From an uncultured Candidatus Binatia bacterium (GTDB lineage: Bacteria; Desulfobacterota; Binatia; UBA9968; JAJDTQ01): DNA of 64,000 nt. The stretch spans positions 1,088,001 to 1,152,000 of the forward strand of contig OZ244070.1 in NCBI GenBank assembly GCA_965215605.1. Direction: 5' to 3'. The position numbers and the translations under genes were made by a program. Position 1 is the first letter of the stretch; the number at the start of each line of letters is the position of its first letter. Below, in pieces: positions 40,039 to 49,444 of the stretch. The notes under the pieces are model-generated. The model was not told where the DNA came from. It saw nothing but the letters and a program-made list of their open reading frames with translations, and did no database searches.

Positions 40039-41411
40039 GAACCGTTCCCCCTGCGAGGCTGCCCGGGCCGGTACTCCGCGGCGGCGATGCGGTCGGGGAA
40101 CTCGATGTCCGCGTTGCGGCAGGCGTCGACGATGAGCTTCGAGCCCCAATCCTGACCCGGGTGCACGGGATCCAGGCGGCTGCCCTTGACCCGGTCGATG
40201 ATGGAGATGTCGGTTGCGGCATCCACCCGGGTGGCCACGGCCCACAACACCTCCTCCTCGTCGTACACGTCGATGTCCGCGTCCACGACGATGACGTGCT
40301 TCAGCAGCTCCGTTCCCGTAAACGCGGCCATGGCCGCGAGCTTGGCCTCGCCCTCGCAGCGCTTGTCGATGCTGATGTAGCAGTGGAACCGGCCGGCGCC
40401 GCTCAGCGGCAGACAGACCGACTGGACCGTGGGCACCACCGCCTGGACCTTGCGGTAGATGCTGCCCTCCTTGGGAACCGCCCCCAGCAGGCGGTGGTCC
40501 CGGTGTCCCGCCAGAATATCCATGCACCAGGCGCCCCGGCGATGGGTGATGGCGGTGACCTCCACCACCGGTGACTCCCCCGCGCCGCCGTACAAGCCGG
40601 TAAAGTCTCCGAAGGGCCCTTCCATCTCCCGCTGGTGCGGGAGTACCCGGCCCTCGACGACCATCTCCGCGTCCGCGGGCACCAGCAGCTCGTCGCCGAA
40701 GGTTTCCGACGGCACCAGCCGCAGCGGCTCGCCCATGAGCCCGCCGATGCTCTCGTATTCGTCCTCGGCGATGCCGTTCAAGATGCAGTTGCCGAGGTAG
40801 TAGGCCGGATGGTGCCCGATGACGCAGGCCACCGGCAGCGCTTCGTTGCGTTCCTCCGCGCGCACGAAGTAGTCCCAGAGATGGCGCCGCTCGAAGAACA
40901 TGACCAAGTGGTTCGGGTCGCGCACGTAGCAGCGGTGGAAGGACGAGTTGTAGACGCCGGTGTCCGGATCCCTGGCGCACCAGGTCATGGTCAGATAAGG
41001 GCCGAGGTCCGCGACGTGGTGGGTCAGCACCGGCAGGAAGTGGAGGTTGGGGTCCATCGTGACCTGCTTCACCGGCGCGTCGGCGGCACCCACGACGACG
41101 GGTTTCTCCCGCCTCGCTTCACGGGCCTGGAACTCGATCATCAGCTCCCGGCCGGCCTGCTCGGGCGGCAGGCCCAGGGCCACGGCGCAGGCGGCGCGGG
41201 ACGCGAACACGTTCATCAGGAGCGGGAACTCCGAGGGCTCGCCGCTCAGGTTGTCGATGTTGGAGAAGAGCACCAGCGGCTCCTGCTTCCGCTTCTCCAG
41301 ATCCGCGATCATGGCACAGACTTCCAGGTTGATGTCGTGCTTGCCGGTGACCTCCATCAGCCGCTCGGGGGCGAGGCGCTTGACGGAGTCGATGTAGGTT
41401 CGCAGGTCCAT
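40035..41411 (-). CDS. UbiD family (prFMN-dependent) decarboxylase
   Basis: MDLRTYI, RDPDTGVYN, VPADAEMVVEG, EGPFGDFTG, IVVDADID, WAVATR, SKLIVDA. Confidence 0.9.
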   Translation of the reverse strand: MDLRTYIDSVKRLAPERLMEVTGKHDINLEVCAMIADLEKRKQEPLVLFSNIDNLSGEPSEFPLLMNVFASRAACAVALGLPPEQAGRELMIEFQAREARREKPVVVGAADAPVKQVTMDPNLHFLPVLTHHVADLGPYLTMTWCARDPDTGVYNSSFHRCYVRDPNHLVMFFERRHLWDYFVRAEERNEALPVACVIGHHPAYYLGNCILNGIAEDEYESIGGLMGEPLRLVPSETFGDELLVPADAEMVVEGRVLPHQREMEGPFGDFTGLYGGAGESPVVEVTAITHRRGAWCMDILAGHRDHRLLGAVPKEGSIYRKVQAVVPTVQSVCLPLSGAGRFHCYISIDKRCEGEAKLAAMAAFTGTELLKHVIVVDADIDVYDEEEVLWAVATRVDAATDISIIDRVKGSRLDPVHPGQDWGSKLIVDACRNADIEFPDRIAAAEYRPGQPRRGNGS

Positions 41412-41559
41412 CGCCAGAGTCTACGGCCCGGCCGCGCGGCCGTCAATGTCGGGGCGGCGTGGGACAGGGAACGTGATCCGTTGCAATCGCCCAGCGAAAG
41501 GAACAAGCTTTGAACTCGGTCCGGCCGCCTTCGACGGATCGGCTACCGCCCTCGGTCCA

Positions 41560-42534
41560 ATGAACATGCCGACTCAAGACCCGGTCTCCGGGACCGTCCG
41601 TCTGACCGTTCCCCAAACGCTCCAAGGCAGACGGGTGGATGCGGCCCTGGCGGCGCTCTTGCCGGACCACTCGCGCTCTCGCCTCCAGCGGCTCGTCCGG
41701 GACGGACACGTCCGCCTCGACGACCGCGTCCCGGAGTGCTCCGACAAGGTCGCGGCCGGCGCCCGCATCGAGATGGAGCTGACGCAACCCGTGGAGGTTT
41801 CCTGGAAGCCTCAACCCATTCCCCTGGAGATCGTCCACGAGGACAACGCGTTGCTTGTGATCAACAAGCCGCCCGGGATGGTGGTTCACCCCGGGGCGGG
41901 CAATTTCGAGAACACGCTGCTCAACGCCGTGATGCACCACGCCCCCACCCTCGAGACCGTTCCACGCGCCGGCATCGTGCACCGGCTCGACAAGGACACG
42001 TCGGGCCTGCTGGTGGTGGCCAAGACCGATACGGTGCGCCTGCGCCTGGTGCGGGAACTGCAGGCGCGGCGCGTCAGGCGGGAATACCTGGCGCTGGTGA
42101 GCGGGGTGGTCCGCACCGGCGGCTCCATCGCGGCGCCCATCGGCCGGCACCCGGTACACCGCACCCGCATGTCGGTACAACAGCGCGGCCGGGAGGCCAC
42201 CAGCCATTACAGCGTGAAAGCATCCTACCCGAGCCACACCCTGTTGGAGGTGCAGCTTGAGTCCGGCCGAACCCACCAGATCCGCGTGCACATGGCCCAC
42301 ATCGGACACCCCGTGGTCGGCGACCCGATGTACGGCGGACGCAGCGGCGCCGTCGCCAAGGCTCGCGGGCCGGAGCTGACGGAGTTGATGCGAGGCTTCC
42401 GGCGGCAGGCCCTTCACGCGGAACGGCTCGGACTGAGCCACCCGGAAACGGGCGAGCCTCTGGAATGGACAGCGCCCATGCCCGCGGACATGCGGGCGCT
42501 CGTGGAGGCGCTGGAGGCGGACGCACGCCGGTGA
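41560..42534 (+). CDS. rluD: RluA/RluD family 23S rRNA pseudouridine synthase
   Basis: S4-like domain, NKPPGMVVHP, GIVHRLDKDTSGL, GRTHQIRVHM, RQALHA. Confidence 0.92.
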   Translation: MNMPTQDPVSGTVRLTVPQTLQGRRVDAALAALLPDHSRSRLQRLVRDGHVRLDDRVPECSDKVAAGARIEMELTQPVEVSWKPQPIPLEIVHEDNALLVINKPPGMVVHPGAGNFENTLLNAVMHHAPTLETVPRAGIVHRLDKDTSGLLVVAKTDTVRLRLVRELQARRVRREYLALVSGVVRTGGSIAAPIGRHPVHRTRMSVQQRGREATSHYSVKASYPSHTLLEVQLESGRTHQIRVHMAHIGHPVVGDPMYGGRSGAVAKARGPELTELMRGFRRQALHAERLGLSHPETGEPLEWTAPMPADMRALVEALEADARR

Positions 42535-42559
42535 CGCCGGCGTGTTTCCGTTTTCTCTT
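42524..42559 (+). terminator. Probable intrinsic terminator of rluD
   Basis: CACGCCGG-TGACG-CCGGCGTG followed by TTTCCGTTTTCTCTT. Confidence 0.5.
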
Positions 42560-42626
42560 GGTTCGGTAGTAGAATCGTGGCAATTCGGCACTGCACACAG
42601 CCCCACAAAGGCAAAGGAGTCGGCAG

Positions 42627-43331
42627 ATGAGTCAATCGGTCAGCGCCTACAACTACGAGACATTCAACCGCTCGGAAAGCTCGGCCAAGGCCGGCGAGTT
42701 CACCGCCCGCCTGCGGGCCGGAGAGGAAGCCCCCGACTTCGCCCTCCCGACCCTCGACGGCGATACGGTCAGGCTTTCCGGGTTCAAGGGCAGCAAGCAC
42801 GTGCTGCTGGAGTTCGGCAGCATCACCTGACCGCCCTTCGTGGGCGAGGTCTCGCCCCTCAACGAAATGTACCGGAACTACCGCGGCAAGGGCTTCGAAT
42901 TCCTCACCATCTACGTACGTGAGCCCCATCCGGGGGAGCATTACGGTCCGCACAAGGACTTCGAGCAGAAACTGGAATACGCGCGCCAGTGCAGGGACCA
43001 GGACGGCATCGAAAACCCTCTGCTGGTGGATGACCTGGAGGGTACCGTCCATCAACTCTACGGCGTCCTCCCCAACATGATCTACATCGTCAGCAAGGAA
43101 GGTCGCATCGTCTACAAAGCCATGTGGACCGACCACGAAGAGATCCGGGTGGTCCTGGACAACCTGGTCATGGCCGACGAACTGCGCGCCCAGGGCGTGC
43201 GCCTGAAGCCCTCCCTCACCGAGAAGATCAACTTCATCCCCGCCCAGTACGCCGGCGGCCTCCGCGAAAAGGTCTTCGACCGGGCCGGCCCGAAGGCGTG
43301 GGAAGACTACCGGGGGACGTTCGGGGGGTAG
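42627..43331 (+). CDS. Iodothyronine deiodinase-like / peroxiredoxin-fold selenoprotein (Sec at UGA 42828-42830), 234 aa
   Basis: Track ORFs 42627-42830 and 42840-43331 are in the same frame and join as FGSIT-U-PPF (deiodinase FGSCTUPPF); also IYVREPHP, VDDLEG, YGVLPN.IYIV..GRIVYK; SECIS present; AAGGAG RBS. Confidence 0.9.
42842..42857 (+). promoter_or_regulatory. Bacterial SECIS element
   Basis: GGGCGA-GGUC-UCGCCC hairpin separated from the UGA by 11 nt, with an AGGUCU apex like the E. coli fdhF SECIS. Confidence 0.8.
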
Positions 43332-43409
43332 CGCAGAGCTCCGCCGGAGCGTGAGCGTGCGCCTGGACCGACGGAAGGCATCACAATCCATGAACGAAAG
43401 GAGTGGACC

Positions 43410-43844
43410 ATGACATCCAAACGGTATCCGAAGTCTGCGAAGTCCGTCGTGGCGGCGGCCGGACTTCTGGCGTTCGCCGTACTCGGGCTGCTCGGGGGTA
43501 CGTCGCAAGTCCAGGGCCAGGAGGCGATGGAGGGCCGGTATCCCGTCAAGTACGTCGTTTCGGTGGACTATCCCCTGGACGGCAAGGACAAGTATATTGC
43601 CTGGGTCAACAGCGTCGCCGAAGACCTCAAGGCTCCTGCCGAGGTACGGCGCATAACCTCCTACGACGACTACTACGGCGCATCCCCGCACCGCATGGTG
43701 GAGTTCGAGTTCGACAGCATCGAAGATGCGGGGAAGTATTTCGGCAACGAGAAGGTCAGCGCCGTCTTCGAGGACCTGACCCGCTACGGCCTCAACGCGA
43801 AAGTGCAGATGTTGATGCTGCGGAGCGACTACGCCCCGAAGTGA
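43410..43844 (+). CDS. Exported protein, dimeric alpha/beta-barrel-like
   Basis: N-terminal signal peptide; RMVEFEFDSIEDA resembles EthD/DUF1330-type barrels. Confidence 0.6.
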   Translation: MTSKRYPKSAKSVVAAAGLLAFAVLGLLGGTSQVQGQEAMEGRYPVKYVVSVDYPLDGKDKYIAWVNSVAEDLKAPAEVRRITSYDDYYGASPHRMVEFEFDSIEDAGKYFGNEKVSAVFEDLTRYGLNAKVQMLMLRSDYAPK

Positions 43845-43863
43845 TTCGTAAAACAGACGCGGA

Positions 43864-44136
43864 TCAGAACGGCAGGCTGTGCTTCCTGGTGGTGTTGCAG
43901 GGCTTGCAACTGGGGACCACGTTACCCTTGGTGCTCTTGCCGCCGCGGATGACGGGAACGAGGTGATCCATGGTCAGCTCCCGCGGCGGGAACCGGCCGC
44001 CGCAGTGAACGCACAACCCCTTGCCGGCGCGGTTCTTCCACCACTGGCTGTCCCGCAGCTCCCGCGCCTTGCGCCGCTCTCGGCGGATCTCGTCCTCGGT
44101 AACCGGAACGAGGAAGCCATCGGCGTCCGCGGTCAT
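43864..44136 (-). CDS. Small stand-alone HNH endonuclease
   Basis: CVHC...LTMDHLVPVIRGGKSTKGNVVPSCKPCN. Confidence 0.88.
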   Translation of the reverse strand: MTADADGFLVPVTEDEIRRERRKARELRDSQWWKNRAGKGLCVHCGGRFPPRELTMDHLVPVIRGGKSTKGNVVPSCKPCNTTRKHSLPF

Positions 44137-44137
44137 C

Positions 44138-44329
44138 TCACAGCACCTTGTTCTTCAGGGTCCTGAAGTAGACGGCGAAGCCTGCGGCAACGCCGATGTA
44201 CAGCACGCTCCGCGCCAGCGCCCAGCCCTCGCCCGCGCCGAAGTAGTTCGTCAGCTCCCACCCGCTGAAGAAGATGAAGAAGACGACGGACGTCCCGATG
44301 AGTATCTTGTGGGCGGTGATCAAGCGCAT
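44138..44329 (-). CDS. Small two-TM membrane protein
   Basis: 63-aa hydrophobic ORF abutting the HNH gene. Confidence 0.6.
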   Translation of the reverse strand: MRLITAHKILIGTSVVFFIFFSGWELTNYFGAGEGWALARSVLYIGVAAGFAVYFRTLKNKVL

Positions 44330-44412
44330 GACTCAAACATCCCGATGGAGGCCTAACGTCATCCGTCTATTTCTAGTAGATTTTCGGGATTTCCAACAGA
44401 CAAGGAGAACCC

Positions 44413-44793
44413 ATGTCCATGGAAGTAGTCCATACCGACAAGGCGCCCGCGGCCATCGGCCCGTACGAGCAGGCCGTCAAGGCCAACGGTTTCGTGTACA
44501 CGGCGGGGCAGATCGCGCTGGTGCCCGAGTCCGGCGAGCTCGTGACGGGCGGCGTGGAGGAGCAGGCGCGCCGGGTGCTCGACAACGTGACGGCGGTCCT
44601 TGAGGCGGCCGGCAGCTCCTGGAGCCAAGTGGTCAAGACGACCATCTACCTCACCGACATGGCCGACTTCGGCGCGGTCAACGCCGTCTACGAAAGCTAC
44701 CTGGGCTCCGCCAGGCCCGCCCGCACCACGGTGGCGGTGGCAGGGCTCCCCAAGGGAGCGCTGGTGGAAGTGGACACGGTGGCGCTGGCCTGA
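44413..44793 (+). CDS. ridA: RidA family enamine/imine deaminase
   Basis: APAAIGPYEQAV, AGQI, VVKTTIYL, PARTTVAVAGLPKGALVE. Confidence 0.9.
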   Translation: MSMEVVHTDKAPAAIGPYEQAVKANGFVYTAGQIALVPESGELVTGGVEEQARRVLDNVTAVLEAAGSSWSQVVKTTIYLTDMADFGAVNAVYESYLGSARPARTTVAVAGLPKGALVEVDTVALA

Positions 44794-44795
44794 AA

Positions 44796-45659
44796 TCACG
44801 TTTTCGGGGAACCGTCCGGGTTGAGGTAGTCCCGCCAGACGTGAGCGGCCGTGAAACCGAGGACCTTCCCCGCCTTGGTGACGTCGAGGCCCCCCCAATG
44901 GCCTGAATAACCTTCCTTTATTCGGGAGCCGGGGATGTATCTCCGGACCAACTCTTCCGTGGGATCCGGATAACGGCTCGTGGGCGCGGCGATGTTGAAG
45001 ACCTGGTGTCCTGAAAGAGGCGCCTCCAACGCCAGCCGACAAGCCACGGCGGCGTCGCGCGCGTCCACGTAGCTCCAGAAGGTTCCCATCCTCACCGCCG
45101 GGTCGGCCCAGCGCTCCGGCAGCGTGCCGTAGGTCGGGTCGAAGTTCACGCCGCTGAACCGGAGGCTGACCACGGTGACGTCGCTGTACTGCGTGCAGGA
45201 GCCGGCAAGCTGCTCCCCGAACACCTTGGACAGGGCGTACGGGTCCTGGGGCCGGCAGGGATAGTCCTCGTCGAGGGGCAGGTAGTCGGGTTCCCAGATC
45301 CTGGGGGCGTAGAGGAAGCCGTAGGCGGCGATGCTCGAAGCGCACACCACGCGCGGCACGCCCAGGTCCACGGCGGCCTTGAGCACGTTGTAGGTGGCGG
45401 TGACGTTGTTGCCGAAGGTCTCGCAGTCGGGCGCCAGGTTGGGGGCTTGGTAGGCGCCCAGGTGGATCACGGCATCGGCGCCCCTGAAGGCTTGGTAGAG
45501 ATCGCCCGAGCGGCGCAGGTCGCAGAGCCAGGAGTCGCACAGCTTCGCCGGCGGCGGCACGACGTCCAGGCTCAACACCTCGTAACCGTGCTCGAGAAGG
45601 TGGCCGATGGTATGCTGTCCGAGGCGGCCGCTGCCGCCGGTGACTACGATCCTGGGCAT
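44796..45659 (-). CDS. NAD-dependent epimerase/dehydratase
   Basis: VTGGSGRLG, ASSIAAYG, YALSK. Confidence 0.88.
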   Translation of the reverse strand: MPRIVVTGGSGRLGQHTIGHLLEHGYEVLSLDVVPPPAKLCDSWLCDLRRSGDLYQAFRGADAVIHLGAYQAPNLAPDCETFGNNVTATYNVLKAAVDLGVPRVVCASSIAAYGFLYAPRIWEPDYLPLDEDYPCRPQDPYALSKVFGEQLAGSCTQYSDVTVVSLRFSGVNFDPTYGTLPERWADPAVRMGTFWSYVDARDAAVACRLALEAPLSGHQVFNIAAPTSRYPDPTEELVRRYIPGSRIKEGYSGHWGGLDVTKAGKVLGFTAAHVWRDYLNPDGSPKT

Positions 45660-46906
45660 CTAGTGTCGCGTACCCCCACGAACGAGTCCAGCTTCACCAG
45701 ACCCTCGGCGTTTCCCTCGAGCCTCAACGCCTTGGGCTCCCGGCCCGCGGCCACGTCGTCGATGGCCTCGCGGACCATGCGCCGCAGCATGATGATGCCG
45801 CGGTCGGAGCTGCCGAGCCGTTCTTCGCGCTCGCCCAGCAGCCGTTGGGTGCCCTGCGTGACGATGTCCTCCTGCCGGATGTTGCCGCGGAAGGGCATGA
45901 GCGGCCGCGTGTCGTGGGGCTTGACCTCACCCTTGGGGGCTTCCCGCTTCCGCATCCGCGCCAGCCGCTCGAAGATGTCCGGGTCCGGGCCGGTGTAGTA
46001 GTCCACCGTGAACAGCATGAAGTGGTCGTCGTCGTTGGGGGTGAGGAACATGAAGTGCTCGTAGTTGGAGCCTACCTTCTCCAGCACCTCCGGCTCCACC
46101 CGCGCGTGCACGAACTCGGTGTCGCCCACCTGCAGGATGCTCGGCAGCCCCAGGCTCATCTCGTCCACGAACTCGGTGCCTTCCACCCGGCCGGGCTTGG
46201 ACATGACCATCTTCATGCCGTAGGGGGTTTCCACCGGCTCGTAGGCCGGCGGGCTCTTGGCGCTGAAAAACGAACCGCCCCAGGTCTGCTCGCCGTAGGC
46301 GCTGCGGCTGTGGAGGATCCACACGTGGCAGGGGTCGGCGCTGTTCTCGTAGAAATTGAACCAGTTGTAGTCGAAGTACCGGGTGCTCTCCACCAGCCGC
46401 TGACCGCCGTGGTCCACCAGCGGGGAATAGTTGGGCAGGGGCGGCGGATCGGCGGGGTCGGGACCCATGTAGGCGAAGATCAGCCCTCCCAGGCTCCTCA
46501 CCGGGTAGGCCGGATGCTTCACCTTGGCGCAGAACTCGGTCTCCGGCGGCTCGGACGGCTGCTCCAGGCAGTTGCCTGTAACGTCATAGAGCCAGCCGTG
46601 GTAGGGGCAACGGATGCCGCGCTCCTCGATGTCGCCGTACTCCAGGGACGAGCCGCGGTGGGAGCAGCTTTGGCCGATGAGGCCCAACCGGCCCTGGCCG
46701 TCGCGGAGGAGCACCAGGTCCTCGCCCAGGATGCGCACCGCCTGCGGAACGTCGTGAAGCTCCGCCTCGGTGCCCACGGCGAGCCAGTAGCGCCGCAGCC
46801 ACTCTCCGCCCGGCGTGCCGCGCCCCACGCGCGGGATGTCCTTGTTGGTGCTTCTGAAGGTTTCCACGGGGCGACCTCGGACCGGCTCGAATACGGACGC
46901 GGGCAT
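45644..46906 (-). CDS. Rieske non-heme iron oxygenase alpha subunit (phthalate 4,5-dioxygenase-like)
   Basis: GTPGGEWLRRYW, CSHRG...CPYHGW, ENSADPCH..LH, QED..TQG, SDRGIIMLRR. Confidence 0.88.
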   Translation of the reverse strand: MPASVFEPVRGRPVETFRSTNKDIPRVGRGTPGGEWLRRYWLAVGTEAELHDVPQAVRILGEDLVLLRDGQGRLGLIGQSCSHRGSSLEYGDIEERGIRCPYHGWLYDVTGNCLEQPSEPPETEFCAKVKHPAYPVRSLGGLIFAYMGPDPADPPPLPNYSPLVDHGGQRLVESTRYFDYNWFNFYENSADPCHVWILHSRSAYGEQTWGGSFFSAKSPPAYEPVETPYGMKMVMSKPGRVEGTEFVDEMSLGLPSILQVGDTEFVHARVEPEVLEKVGSNYEHFMFLTPNDDDHFMLFTVDYYTGPDPDIFERLARMRKREAPKGEVKPHDTRPLMPFRGNIRQEDIVTQGTQRLLGEREERLGSSDRGIIMLRRMVREAIDDVAAGREPKALRLEGNAEGLVKLDSFVGVRDTRCPGS

Positions 46907-47796
46907 CAATCCAGGAGGCCGCCGCGGCTCAGCTCCCGGTGCACCGAGTCCCGCGCCTCCGGCGGCAACGGTTTGGTCTCCCACTTGGGGAAGCGCTTGA
47001 TGTCGAACCCGCGCATCCGGTACATCTCGGCCACCACGGCCCGGCCGTGGCGCTTGATCTGTCCGATGATGACCGCGGTGACATCGTTGACCCGGCGCTG
47101 CAGTTGCACCGCCTGCCCGTAGTCCTCCCGTTCCAGCGCGCGCCACAGTTCCACGCACAATTCGGGAAGGCAACTCGTGGGCGGATTGATCATGCCGGCC
47201 ACCCCGAACGGCACCAGCCCGAAGATATCCGCGTTGCCGGTGAACACCGACACGTCCGGCGGGAACAGCCGCACGTAGTCCAGCATGGCGCCGGCGCCGT
47301 AAGCCACCTTGATGCCGCGGATGGTGGGGATCTCCTCCTTCAGACGCTGGGCGAAAGGCGGCGCGATGGAGATGCCCGAGTACTTGGGGTTCTCGTAAAT
47401 GAAGATGGGCAGCGGCACGGCGCCGGCCACCGCCCGGAAATGGGCCATGATCTCGTACTCCGAGTGGTCGGAGTAGTAGTACGGCGGGATCACGCCGATG
47501 CCGTCGGCGCCTTGCTCCTCGGCGTGGCGCGCCAGCTCCACCGTGCTCTCGGCATCCGCCGTCCCCACGTGCACGATGAGGGGCGCGCGCCCGGCGTTCT
47601 GCTCGATGGCGACCTCGGCGGTCCGTTTGCGCTGGGCCATGGACATGGCCGGCCCCTGCCCCGAGGAACCCAGCATGAAGAGACCCTGGACCTCGGCGCC
47701 GACGTAAAAGTCCACCAGCTTCCGGAGCATCGGCTCGTCCACCGTTCCGTCGTGCTCGAACGGCGTGATCACCGGAATGACGATGCCCTTGATCAT
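46906..47796 (-). CDS. Dihydrodipicolinate synthase family aldolase
   Basis: ITPF, GSSGQG, PPYY, IYENP, GIK Schiff-base Lys. Confidence 0.87.
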   Translation of the reverse strand: MIKGIVIPVITPFEHDGTVDEPMLRKLVDFYVGAEVQGLFMLGSSGQGPAMSMAQRKRTAEVAIEQNAGRAPLIVHVGTADAESTVELARHAEEQGADGIGVIPPYYYSDHSEYEIMAHFRAVAGAVPLPIFIYENPKYSGISIAPPFAQRLKEEIPTIRGIKVAYGAGAMLDYVRLFPPDVSVFTGNADIFGLVPFGVAGMINPPTSCLPELCVELWRALEREDYGQAVQLQRRVNDVTAVIIGQIKRHGRAVVAEMYRMRGFDIKRFPKWETKPLPPEARDSVHRELSRGGLLD

Positions 47797-47896
47797 GGTC
47801 TCAACCCTCCATGGTCATCAGATACCGCCTGGAAATTGCCGGCGTCAAGCCGGGCGGGAATCACGGTCTTGCCTCGCATGAGGCGGGACCCGTCAC

Positions 47897-49414
47897 TCAA
47901 CCGGCGTCGTTGAACTTGTAGAACGGCTCCGGCGGATGCTCTTCCCGGGATTCGAGGAAATCCCTCACCCGCGGAAGCAGCCGCGCGTCGACCCCGCCGT
48001 CCCGCTTTCGGGACGGCGGCGCGACCTTCTCCTTCACCGCCTTCAACAGAGCCTTTTCGTCGAGGCGCACGTGCTTGCCGCCGCGGTAGAGGATCTCGCC
48101 GTCCACCATCACGGTGTCCACGGCGCCTGCCCCGCCGCGGTAGATCAGCGCGTCCACCGGCGTTTGATGCCTCGCGAGATACGGCTCCGACATGGGCCGC
48201 GAGTCCACCAGCACCAGGTCCGCGCGCCTGCCCGGCTCCAGGGTGCCGCAACTCGCGCCCCAGCCCAGGATGTCGGCGCCGCCCGCGGTTGCGGCCCGGA
48301 AGATCTCGGCCAGCGGCATCAGCCCCGGGCCCACGCCGGGAACCCGCTGGAGGTTGGCGGCCAGGCGCATTTCCTGAAGCATGTCCGGCCGGTCGTTCAG
48401 CGGGCTGCTGTCGAGCCCCATGCCCAGCCTCACTCCGCCGGCATGGAAGTGCATCAGCGGGGCGATGCCGCTGCGCAGGCGCAGGTTGGAACTCGGGTTG
48501 TGCACCACCGCAGCGCCCTTCGCGGCGGTGGTCTCGATGTCCTTGCGGTTGAGCCACACGCCGTGGGCCAGACTCACGTCCGGCGCCAGAAAATCCAGCC
48601 CCGCCAGCCACTGCACCGCGCTCTTGCCGTACTCCCGCAGGAAATACGACCGCTGGTACCTGGTCTCCAGCACATGGATCTGGATCCCCAGGCCGTGCTC
48701 GGTGGCCTCCCGGCGGATGGCGCGCAACAACTCCTCCGTGCACCATTGGGGCCCGGCCGGGGTGAGGAACAGCCGCGCCCGGCCGTCGCCGATTTCGCCG
48801 GCGAACCGGCGCGCCGCCCGGAAATAGTCGTCGGGCGCCGCGGTCCGGGACTTGCCGTAGCGCGCCACCGCCTGTTCCCGCAGCGACGGCGGCAGCGACG
48901 CCAGGAACTCGTCGTCGCCGTACACGATATGATTGCGGTTGCGGATGTCGAGGCCGAAGGACACCCGCATGCCGGAATCGCGGTAGGCGCGGAGCCGTTC
49001 GTCGACGTGGGCCTCGTACGTGTCCGGGGAGCTGCTGGAGTTGTAGTGCAGGCACGTGGTGATGCCCGACTCGATCATGGTCTTGCAGGCGTAGAGCACG
49101 TCCAGGTAGGGGTCCAGACCGGCCCGGGCATCGCCCGCGAACCGCGAGATCTCGAAGCAGTCGTCCAAGCCCCCGAGCTGAAAGTCCGTAAGCCCCTTGC
49201 CGTGCTGGTGCGCGTTGACGAAACCCGGAACCACCCAGTACCGTGACGATCCCACCACGGTGGCGTTGGGGTACGCCGGCTTGAGGTCGCGGTACGGCCC
49301 CACCTCGACCACATCGCGCCCCGACACCACCACCGCCCCGTTGCGGATCACCCCTTGGGTCCCGTACCGGGGTTGCATGGTGACGATGAATTTGCCTCGA
49401 ACGAGATAGTCCAT
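47897..49414 (-). CDS. Metal-dependent amidohydrolase (deaminase/chlorohydrolase-like)
   Basis: PGFVNAHQH, IHVLET, LAHGVW, HNPSSNLRL, GLDS, GRRADLV. Confidence 0.87.
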   Translation of the reverse strand: MDYLVRGKFIVTMQPRYGTQGVIRNGAVVVSGRDVVEVGPYRDLKPAYPNATVVGSSRYWVVPGFVNAHQHGKGLTDFQLGGLDDCFEISRFAGDARAGLDPYLDVLYACKTMIESGITTCLHYNSSSSPDTYEAHVDERLRAYRDSGMRVSFGLDIRNRNHIVYGDDEFLASLPPSLREQAVARYGKSRTAAPDDYFRAARRFAGEIGDGRARLFLTPAGPQWCTEELLRAIRREATEHGLGIQIHVLETRYQRSYFLREYGKSAVQWLAGLDFLAPDVSLAHGVWLNRKDIETTAAKGAAVVHNPSSNLRLRSGIAPLMHFHAGGVRLGMGLDSSPLNDRPDMLQEMRLAANLQRVPGVGPGLMPLAEIFRAATAGGADILGWGASCGTLEPGRRADLVLVDSRPMSEPYLARHQTPVDALIYRGGAGAVDTVMVDGEILYRGGKHVRLDEKALLKAVKEKVAPPSRKRDGGVDARLLPRVRDFLESREEHPPEPFYKFNDAG

Positions 49415-49444
49415 CTCAGCCCCCTGTGACCGGGACGCAGGACA

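Noticed and set aside
39326-43331. Alternative genetic code (UGA = Trp or Gly) as the explanation for in-frame TGAs
   Set aside because: Many conserved genes here (purB, dut, thrice-overlapping ATGA junctions) end in TGA at expected positions and Trp is encoded by TGG, so recoding is site-specific
43864-44136. HNH gene as a mobile homing endonuclease or defence system
   Set aside because: Short stand-alone type, with no intron, methylase or phage context
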